Shown here: positions 1-6,856 of the stretch, one piece after another
Position numbering within the stretch: the stretch's first letter is position 1
Layout: every line of letters begins with the position of its first letter
NCBI GenBank assembly: GCA_045862955.1
Contig: BTVI01000044.1
Location: 1 to 23,204 of the forward strand
Direction: 5' to 3'
From: Fimbriimonadales bacterium
Lineage (GTDB): Bacteria > Armatimonadota > Fimbriimonadia > Fimbriimonadales > JABRVX01
DNA length: 23,204 nucleotides
Translations under genes and position numbers: made by a program
Notes under the pieces: model-generated
What the model was told of the DNA's origin: nothing
The model's input: only the letters and a program-made list of their open reading frames with translations
Database searches by the model: none

Positions 1-165
1 GGTGTGGGTCTCGTTGGCTTGCTCGGCCTTCGCCGACGCAAGTAGCATCCCGCTGCGAATAAGCATCAACGGCGTGGGGACGGCACTAGTGCCTCCCCAT
101 GCCCGTTTTCTAAGGGGAGACCCCAAGGTCTGTCCCATTGACGGGTCGCCATTCGGCAAAGCCCG

Positions 166-174
166 TGTTACACT
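166..174 (+). promoter_or_regulatory. Candidate extended -10 promoter (TG-T-TACACT) for the gene at 219
   Basis: TGnTACACT at 166-174; weak -35 TCGCCA at 146-151 with 17-nt spacing; GAGGGG ribosome-binding site at 205-210, 8 nt before GTG 219. Confidence 0.4.
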
Positions 175-218
175 GAAGAGAGCGATCGCTAGCCGAGCAG
201 AAACGAGGGGCCAACGCC

Positions 219-1331
219 GTGAAACGAATATTCGCTGTGCTGCTTCCGGCCTTTGCCGTCGGTGTCCAGGCCCAAGTCGTAGGGACCTTCGACAACACCA
301 GGCTGATGACCGAGGACATGAACTTGGCATCCGGGGACTGGCTCTCCGGCATGCGCGAGTGCTTCCAGAGCCGAGGGGCACCGATCACTACCACCGGCAC
401 CCTCACCCCCGCCTACTTATCTGGCGTCACCGTCTTTTTCACCAGCGAATTCCTTAACGATGTGCCCTCGAACGACGAAGTGGCGGCGGTCGTCGCATGG
501 GTCCAAAACGGCGGCACCCTCATCGTCACCGGAGAGTGTGGGTGACACGGTAGCACCATCGGCTACAATCGTCTGGTCAACCCCTTCAAGGTGTACTTGG
601 GACCGACGACGTTGCCGGGAACGGGTCAGGTCTTGACCCGACATCTAATAACCGCAGGGCTGACGACAGTGCAAGTGGGCCAGAACGCTCAGCTGGCCGT
701 CCAGGGCCCTCACTTGGCGCTGATCAACGATCCGAACGCAAAGTTACTCGCGGTTCTGGTAGAGAACACGCCGGAGACCGGGCTCGGCAGGGTACTCGTG
801 ATCGGCGACATCACGATGTTCACGGACGATTACCTCAACCCGTACCCGGAGAACCGGCGGCTGGCGGAGAACATCGCCGCTTGGTCGCTCGGCTTGTCGC
901 GCGAACTCAGCGGAAACGTGCAGCTGGGGCAATACGGTCCTCCGCCGACCGGCATTCCCGTCTCTCTCAGCGTGTATGCTGGCTCATCGCGCGTGGACGA
1001 GGAAGTGACACAGCTGGATGCGCTCGGCAACTACTGGGTGGCTGTCGAGGCGCAAGGTATCGTGGATGTAGTTGTCAAGCCATCGCACTGGCTCAGCGTG
1101 CGGGAGCCAGGTATCGATCTCGGGGTGTCCGGTGCGACCGTGGACTTCGTGGTACCAATCAACGGCGATGCAGATGGCGACGACCTCGTAGGCTTAGCGG
1201 ACCTGGCGCGCATTCTCGTGACGTTCGCAACCAGCCTGGACCCGAATGCCGATCTCGACGGCAGCGGACTGGCCGATCTGCAAGACCTGAACATCGTGCT
1301 TACCAACTTCGCGAAGACGGGCGACGGCTAG
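219..1331 (+). CDS. Secreted protein (signal peptide, DUF4350/GATase-like domain, C-terminal SHWL Ig-like + dockerin-like module) with in-frame TGA at 543-545; candidate selenoprotein/readthrough, or nonsense-interrupted gene
   Basis: ORFs 219..545 and 591..1331 share one frame and are separated only by TGA 543-545. The 15 intervening codons are open (HGSTIGYNRLVNPFK). There is an N-terminal signal peptide (MKRIFAVLLPAFAVGVQA). WVQNGGTLIVTGE before the TGA and GRVLVIGDITMF...ENRRLAENIAAW after it look like two halves of one DUF4350-like fold. The C-terminus has two EF-hand-like repeats (GDADGDDLVGLADL, ADLDGSGLADLQDL). No RBS precedes GTG 591. Confidence 0.75.
540..583 (+). promoter_or_regulatory. 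Stem-loop at and after the in-frame UGA (candidate SECIS or readthrough element)
   Basis: Pairings found by eye: GTAGC(550-554)/GCTAC(562-566), ACG(547-549)/CGT(570-572), TGAC(543-546)/GTCA(576-579), GGG(540-542)/CCC(581-583). An alternative fold, ACCA(555-558)/TGGT(574-577) plus CG/CG, gives a loop starting with G562, 16 nt after the UGA. Confidence 0.35.
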
Positions 1332-2761
1332 CACTCTCTAAAGACGATTAGCTTCTCCTGGGTCAGATCACGCACGGAGTAGCCGATACCACCGGTTCCG
1401 AGCCCAGATTCGGCACGGCCGCCGAACGGCATCCAGTCCACCCGAAAGGCGGTGTGGTCGTTGATCATCACCGCGGATGCCTCCAACCCTCTCGCCGCGC
1501 GAAGGGCCGAGGCGAGGTCCCGGGTGAAGACGGCAGCCTGGAACTTCCACCGAACCGCATTGGCCATCTCGATGGCTTCGCCCGAATCGTCGTACTCCAC
1601 TATGCAGATTACCGGACCGAACACCTCCTCCGTCACCACGCGACTGTCGAGGGGCGGGTTTGCAAGCACCGTCGGGGCGTAGCACTGGTCGCCGACGGCG
1701 CGACCTCCCACCGCGAGCCGGGCGCCCCTTGCAACGGCCTCGGTGACCCACTCGTGAACACGGTCCACTTCACGCTTCAGAATGAGCGGACCGACATCGG
1801 TGGCGAGGTCTGCGGGGTCGCCGACGTTCAGCGCTTCGGCACCGGCTGCGAGCCGCGAGACGAACTCTCCGAAGACCGACCGCTGCGCGAACACCCGCTG
1901 CACACTGACGCAGACCTGTCCGGCGTGATAGAAGCCGCCCTTCAACAGCGCCGGTACTGCAAGATCGAGGTCGGCAGTCTGATCCACGATCACGGGAGCC
2001 GCGCCGCCGTGCTCTAGAGCGCAGCGCACGCCGGGAGCCAGCTTGGACCGCAGGTACCAGCCTACTCTCGCGCTCCCGATGAAGCTGAGGAAGGCTATCT
2101 CGGACGACGAGGCGAGCTGCTCGGCGACATCGTTCTCGCAGGGCACGGGGAGCGCACACTCGGGTGGCAGCCCCGCCTCGTGAAGCATCTGCACGTATCG
2201 CAAACACGAGAGCGGTGTGCGGAGATCGGGCTTCACGAGCACGGGGCAGCCGACTGCGACAGCCGGAGCGACCTGATGCGCGATGAGGTTCAGTGGATGG
2301 TTGAAGGCACTGATCGCGAGCACGACCCCGATGGGCTCACGGATGGTAAAAGCCATCCTGCCCTCTGCCGCCGCGGAGGCGGTCATCGGGACTTCCTCGC
2401 CGTGCAGACGCACACCTTCTTCGGCGGCGAGCCGGGTTGACTGCGCCGCACGGGACACCTCTATCTGCGCATCTCGGAGCGGCTTGCCTCCTTCCCGGGC
2501 GATGAGGAGAGCGAGGTCATCCCGCTGCTGCTCGATGCGTTCTGCCACCTCGCGCAGGATCTGGGCGCGCTCGTGGAGCGGCGGCGTCGGGCGCCTCCAC
2601 CCACCGGCAGACTCCGCAAGGTGCAGCGCTCGGGATGCTCCTTGGGCAAGAAGTGCCTGGGTCTCCCCAACGGTGGAGCCGTCGTAGGGCGATCGGACCA
2701 CGAGGGAAACGACTTCATTCGGTCCAAGGGACGGGATGAACGACGAAAGCTGTAATATCAT
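1328..2761 (-). CDS. NAD(P)-dependent aldehyde dehydrogenase family protein
   Basis: ALDH motifs: EPIGVVLAISAFNHP, SFIGSARVG, catalytic Glu in LEHGGAAP, catalytic Cys in AGQVCVS, EEVFGPV, MPFGG..ESGLG. Its stop overlaps the convergent gene's stop by 4 nt. Substrate cannot be assigned. Confidence 0.93.
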   Translation of the reverse strand: MILQLSSFIPSLGPNEVVSLVVRSPYDGSTVGETQALLAQGASRALHLAESAGGWRRPTPPLHERAQILREVAERIEQQRDDLALLIAREGGKPLRDAQIEVSRAAQSTRLAAEEGVRLHGEEVPMTASAAAEGRMAFTIREPIGVVLAISAFNHPLNLIAHQVAPAVAVGCPVLVKPDLRTPLSCLRYVQMLHEAGLPPECALPVPCENDVAEQLASSSEIAFLSFIGSARVGWYLRSKLAPGVRCALEHGGAAPVIVDQTADLDLAVPALLKGGFYHAGQVCVSVQRVFAQRSVFGEFVSRLAAGAEALNVGDPADLATDVGPLILKREVDRVHEWVTEAVARGARLAVGGRAVGDQCYAPTVLANPPLDSRVVTEEVFGPVICIVEYDDSGEAIEMANAVRWKFQAAVFTRDLASALRAARGLEASAVMINDHTAFRVDWMPFGGRAESGLGTGGIGYSVRDLTQEKLIVFREC

Positions 2762-3047
2762 TAGGGGGTTCCCCCTTAGCCTGGGACTTTCAGCAGAAAC
2801 TGGTTACGGGCGTTTCAGGTTCGACCGAAGGGCTATCGGAACCTTTTCGCGAACTTTTCCCTCGGAGGGCTAAACCTAGCGCGCGGGTTACCTCGTCTTA
2901 ACAAATGGGATCATCCGGTAAGTAGTGAAGTCCCGGATTCGACGCCGATACTGTACAATGAACATCGCGTCAATTGGATCGAGCCATCATCTTATCGGTT
3001 TTCCTCGATTACCGGGTGGTCACCGGACGCTTAGAAGGAGCAACAAA

Positions 3048-3725
3048 ATGATACGGACTGCCAAGCGTGGATTCACGCTCATCGAGCTGCTCGTCGTGAT
3101 TGCGATCATCTCGATTCTGGCGGCGATCCTGTTCCCCGTGTTCGCGCAGGCACGCCAGCAGGCCCGCGATACGCAGTGCATGAGCAACGTCAACCAGCTC
3201 GGCAAGGCGCTCTACATCTACATTACGGACTACAACGACAAGCTGCCCGACTATCGCTTCTACCACCTCGTCCAAGGAGCCGACCAGGATGTGAAGGCGG
3301 GTGGTGGGTACGCCTACATCAAGAGCCGCGAAGTCTTCCTCTGCCCGATGGACAAGCGAACACGAGCCGGCGTGAGCGGGAAGGGTACGTACAGCTACAC
3401 CTACAACGCCTTCCTCGTCGGTCAGACTCCTGCCCAGACCTGGCCAGAGCGACCAGGTAGGAAGTTCAGCAGCTTCCAGGAGCCTGCCCGGACGCCGACG
3501 TTCGTAGAAGAGCGGACCTACTGGGAGGACCCGAACTACAGCTGGGACATCAACGACCCGGCGTTCATCTACATAGACCGAACCAGCAGCAAGCACGCCG
3601 GACGAGCTAACTCCGGCTTCTTGGACGGGCACACCAAGAAGCTGCCGCACAGCACGACGGGACACCAGTGGAACTTGGCTCGCTGGGACGACGGCGTGTA
3701 CATGTTCTGCCCGCCTCTGAAATAG
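3048..3725 (+). CDS. Prepilin-type N-terminal cleavage/methylation protein with C-terminal H-X9-DG motif (DUF1559-like)
   Basis: Start moved to ATG 3048, which follows an [40 protein letters not shown] is a class III signal. C-terminal [12 protein letters not shown]. Confidence 0.92.
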   Translation: MIRTAKRGFTLIELLVVIAIISILAAILFPVFAQARQQARDTQCMSNVNQLGKALYIYITDYNDKLPDYRFYHLVQGADQDVKAGGGYAYIKSREVFLCPMDKRTRAGVSGKGTYSYTYNAFLVGQTPAQTWPERPGRKFSSFQEPARTPTFVEERTYWEDPNYSWDINDPAFIYIDRTSSKHAGRANSGFLDGHTKKLPHSTTGHQWNLARWDDGVYMFCPPLK

Positions 3726-3762
3726 ACCATTTCGCATCCGGCGCGCTGTTGCCGAGAGTCCA

Positions 3763-3797
3763 GCGAAATGCCCCTGGTAGCACCAGGGGCATTTCGC
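3763..3797. terminator. Perfect 16-bp inverted repeat, probable bidirectional terminator between the prepilin gene and tRNA-Glu
   Basis: GCGAAATGCCCCTGGT-AGC-ACCAGGGGCATTTCGC lies between convergent transcription units. It has no long U tract. Confidence 0.7.
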
Positions 3798-3850
3798 ACA
3801 GTGGAAATTGCCCTGCGATTCGGAGCGCAGGACGGGCGAACCGAGAAGAG

Positions 3851-3926
3851 TGGTAGCCCGGACGGGACTCGAACCCGCGACCTTCGCCTTGAAAGGGCGA
3901 CGTCCTAACCACTAGACGACCGGGCC
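3851..3926 (-). tRNA. tRNA-Glu (anticodon TTC)
   Basis: Reverse complement GGCCCGGTCGTCTAGTGGTTAGGACGTCGCCCTTTCAAGGCGAAGGTCGCGGGTTCGAGTCCCGTCCGGGCTACCA: 76 nt, acceptor stem GGCCCGG/CCGGGCT, anticodon arm TCGCC-CTTTCAA-GGCGA, T-loop GGTTCGAGTCC, encoded CCA. Confidence 0.97.
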
Positions 3927-3936
3927 ACACTACCTG

Positions 3937-4197
3937 CTACGAGCACTCGCGCTGGCAGACGTAACGGAAGGACTCGCCGTCCAGCGACACCTCCACTCGT
4001 GCAGGACCGCCACACCGCCGACAGGTGACCTCTTCCGTGCGGAGCAAAATGTAGTTGCTCCGCATCTCTTGCGACACGTAGACGTCGTGCAAAAGCCATC
4101 CTGCCGCGAGCAGCTCGTTCGCCGCTGCGGGACTGCGCACCTCGACGACTGCGCGCACGCGGTGCAGATCGAAGTCGAAACCGACGTCTTGCTCCAT
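3937..4197 (-). CDS. Small hypothetical protein with C-terminal CxxC...CxxxC (zinc-ribbon-like)
   Basis: ATG 4197 follows a GAGGG RBS; 86 aa, MEQDVGFDF...TCRRCGG...YVCQRECS; candidate -10 TATATT at 4220-4225; ends 10 nt before tRNA-Glu. Confidence 0.7.
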   Translation of the reverse strand: MEQDVGFDFDLHRVRAVVEVRSPAAANELLAAGWLLHDVYVSQEMRSNYILLRTEEVTCRRCGGPARVEVSLDGESFRYVCQRECS

Positions 4198-4284
4198 TGG
4201 GTTCCCTCGCGGCCCAAGCAATATACCCCACGCCTTCCCGGGCGCGGGGCCGACACATCCCCGAATGAGGGACCAGAGACCGAC

Positions 4285-5754
4285 CTACTCGTCCGACGCA
4301 GGTGGCTTCTGCTCCGGTTCCTTAGGCTCTGGGGCTTTCTCCTTCGGCTGCTTGGACTTGTCTTTGGAAGATGCGGTAGCGCTCTGGAAGGTGCGCGCCC
4401 CTGCGAATCGGCTGCTGTAGTGGCCGCTGGTGTACGAGTCTATGCGCACGCGACCCTTGCCGCTCGATGCGTGAATGAACTTGCCGCCGCCGATCGCGAT
4501 TCCTGCGTGGCCGATGCGCGAGCCACCTCGCGCCGACTTGAAGAAGACCAGATCGCCGGGCTTGATTTGGTCTTTGGGGACGACTTTGCCCGTCCTGGAT
4601 TGTGCAGCGGCGTTGTGGGGCAAACTGACGCCGTGCTGCTTGTACACGTACCGCGTGAAACCCGAGCAGTCGAAGCCAGCTGTCGATTCGCCGCCGTAGC
4701 GGTATCGAACTCCCTGGAACTTCGCGGCATAGTCCACCAACGAGTTGCCCGTGGTTGCAAGGCGCCGGTAATCGGCACTGTAGCGCTGTGGCCGCGATGC
4801 GTAGCTGCGACGATAAGAGGTCGCTGGGCGGTTGGACGAAGCGTAATACCGCACTCGTGGCGCCGCGGGACGTGGTGCTGCCCAGTTCGGCATCTCGGCG
4901 GCGACGAGCATATCGCCGCGAACCCAGCCCGTGGTGCCGTGCTGAAATCGCAGCCGATACCATCCGTCGGCCGCGGCAATCACCTTGGCGGTGGTGAACT
5001 TGTCCACGAGCGTGATGCGCTTCGCCGAGTTGCTCGGAGCAACGCGAACGCCGACACGGTCTGCATCGAGCATCGCCCAGTTGGAGGCTCCGGGGCCACT
5101 CGGCCTCGGTGGTGAGAGGGCCGGCAGATCAACGAGGCGTTCGGGGAGAACGCGCCCTGGCCCGGGAGCGAACAGAACGTCTCCCGGCTTCAGCCGAGCG
5201 AAGTTGGCACCGGGATTCAGTCGGTGAAGGTCGCTCACGCGGACCGCCAGACGATCCGCGATGTTCCAGTCGTTGTCGCCTTCTCGCACGACGTATCGAA
5301 TTAGCGGGCTCTTGACAATCTTGGGCCGCATCGGCGGGCGAAGCGGCGGGAGATTGAGGATGCTCTTCGGAGCCGCTGCCCTCACACTTGCGGAAGGGGT
5401 AGCGCCGGGCACGTTGAGCGTGGAGCCTATCTTCAGGCGAGTCCACACTACTCCCGGGTTGGCGGCACGGAGAGCGTGCCCGCTGACGCCGAGACGCTTG
5501 GCGATGAGTACGTCGTTATCTCCCGGTCGAACCGTATAGGTCGCCTTCGCCGGAGCCTTGGAGCCGAGAGCGGGACCACTGGAGACGTGATCCCGAAGCG
5601 GATTGTAGGTCAGAAGCGCCCGCGGACCGAAGGTGAAGGGGTGGGCCACGCTCTGCCGAGCGATCCCTTCTCTCGTCGTATCCTTCTTGTCCGCGAAGGC
5701 GCAACACAAAAAACAGAGCAGCGCGGTGGCTACACTGGTGAATCGGGTAGGCAT
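4285..5754 (-). CDS. Secreted LysM-LysM-SH3b-NlpC/P60 (C40) peptidoglycan endopeptidase
   Basis: ATG 5754 follows GGAAGGAGG; signal peptide; two LysM repeats (YTVRPGDN...NP, YVVREGDN...NP); SH3b (VRVAPS...DGWYRL...GWV); NlpC/P60 motifs YRYGG-GFDCSGF, PGDLVFF, HAGI, FIHASS. Confidence 0.93.
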   Translation of the reverse strand: MPTRFTSVATALLCFLCCAFADKKDTTREGIARQSVAHPFTFGPRALLTYNPLRDHVSSGPALGSKAPAKATYTVRPGDNDVLIAKRLGVSGHALRAANPGVVWTRLKIGSTLNVPGATPSASVRAAAPKSILNLPPLRPPMRPKIVKSPLIRYVVREGDNDWNIADRLAVRVSDLHRLNPGANFARLKPGDVLFAPGPGRVLPERLVDLPALSPPRPSGPGASNWAMLDADRVGVRVAPSNSAKRITLVDKFTTAKVIAAADGWYRLRFQHGTTGWVRGDMLVAAEMPNWAAPRPAAPRVRYYASSNRPATSYRRSYASRPQRYSADYRRLATTGNSLVDYAAKFQGVRYRYGGESTAGFDCSGFTRYVYKQHGVSLPHNAAAQSRTGKVVPKDQIKPGDLVFFKSARGGSRIGHAGIAIGGGKFIHASSGKGRVRIDSYTSGHYSSRFAGARTFQSATASSKDKSKQPKEKAPEPKEPEQKPPASDE

Positions 5755-5817
5755 AGACGCCTCCTTCCCTGGTGTAGTTGCCCGTGGGTCTGGCCTAACT
5801 TCAGACCAGCGCAAACT

Positions 5818-6855
5818 TTACCCGTTGCTAATCGGAATGTCAACCTCGGCCGCTCCGGCCAGTCCCGTCAGCCTCCTGACCGTGCCCAGCCGTTCAATAG
5901 TCAGCTCCGCAATCGAGCTCACATCTAGGTTCGGGTGATGGATGGGCCAGTTCTTCATGGCCATCAGCCGACCCCGCACGATTGCCTGCAACTCTTGGAG
6001 TTCTACGCCGGACAGCGCTTCCCTCTTCGCCGTCTTCGCTCGGGCGTTCATCTCGTCGATCGTGGCAAAGCGAATGCCTGGGACTTGGGTGAGACGCTCC
6101 AGTGCCCAGCGCAGGTTCGCGAGCATGGTTCGGTAGTCGGTCTCCGGGCGCAGATCCGCAGAGCGCCACTTGCTCTGGGGAGGGTTCGTGCCGTGCGCAA
6201 AGTTCACACCGTCCCAGAACTCCACGGTCCGCAGCACACACGGATGACAGACGAACACCTCGCACCACTCCACGCCGGTCGCGATTCGCTGGCCAACCAC
6301 GTCGTGCAGCTCGACGTGGTGATCTTCCAGAGCGGCCCGGTCGAGTAGGAGCCAGTCGCCGAGATACAGCCCAGAGCCGTAAGCGGTTAGCCCATCGAAC
6401 TCGTGCAGGTCGGAGCCCGGGGGCGCCGTGTGAGCGTACACGAACGCCGGGACGCCCAACTCCTCGAGCGCGCCGACCACTTGCGGGCCCCACGTATTCC
6501 CTGCTCCGCCCCAACAAGAGGGCTTTCGGCCGAAGACGCGCTCGATGGCCTCCACTCCCGGGCGGTTCTGGCCGAGCATCACTTCCACGCCGTCGTCCCA
6601 GTCCAGACCCTCCAGCGCCTCGCAGGTCGTCGGATGCACGGAATGCAGGTCGGTGTGGAGGCCGATGTCGTGCGGCTCGAGAGCTCGGAGCACATCGCCG
6701 CGACCCTCACGATCCAGTCGTCGAGCCAGCTCCCCGACGACGCAGAAAGTGGCACGCAATCCGAGCGAAGTGAGAAGCTCGGCGACATCGCGCACTGCAT
6801 CGGGCTCCTTCGGACCGATGAAGTCCTCGGCGTCCAGCAATAGCGAGACGTACAC
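5818..6855 (-). CDS. Polysaccharide deacetylase-like (NodB/CE4-like fold) protein
   Basis: N-terminal LLLDAED, ATFCVVG and HDIGLHTDLH metal-binding pattern; starts 1 nt after the S9 peptidase stop. Confidence 0.7.
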   Translation of the reverse strand: MYVSLLLDAEDFIGPKEPDAVRDVAELLTSLGLRATFCVVGELARRLDREGRGDVLRALEPHDIGLHTDLHSVHPTTCEALEGLDWDDGVEVMLGQNRPGVEAIERVFGRKPSCWGGAGNTWGPQVVGALEELGVPAFVYAHTAPPGSDLHEFDGLTAYGSGLYLGDWLLLDRAALEDHHVELHDVVGQRIATGVEWCEVFVCHPCVLRTVEFWDGVNFAHGTNPPQSKWRSADLRPETDYRTMLANLRWALERLTQVPGIRFATIDEMNARAKTAKREALSGVELQELQAIVRGRLMAMKNWPIHHPNLDVSSIAELTIERLGTVRRLTGLAGAAEVDIPISNG

Positions 6856-6856
6856 G

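Noticed and set aside
1..218. Partial gene at the left edge (ORF 2..457, or a minus-strand frame MLIRSGMLL...)
   Set aside because: No recognisable motif or RBS; ORF 2..457 overlaps the promoter and start of the better-supported gene at 219.
543..545. Genome-wide TGA reassignment (code 4 or 25)
   Set aside because: TGA ends recN, the second prepilin gene and the VOC gene at their expected C-termini, and Trp is encoded by TGG throughout.
2838..2900. ECF-sigma-like promoter elements (GGAACC, GAACTT, AAAC...CGTC) between the ALDH and prepilin genes
   Set aside because: The spacing between AAC and CGT elements is off-consensus, so this cannot be supported without TSS data.
3851..3926. tRNA-Glu as an integration site of a genomic island
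   Set aside because: No integrase and no duplicated tRNA 3' end were seen in the window.
4069..5115. 348-aa plus-strand ORF, and similar long shadow ORFs such as 15682..16596, 18970..19902 and 3009..3737
   Set aside because: They lie antisense to well-supported genes, lack motifs, and are expected in high-GC coding DNA.
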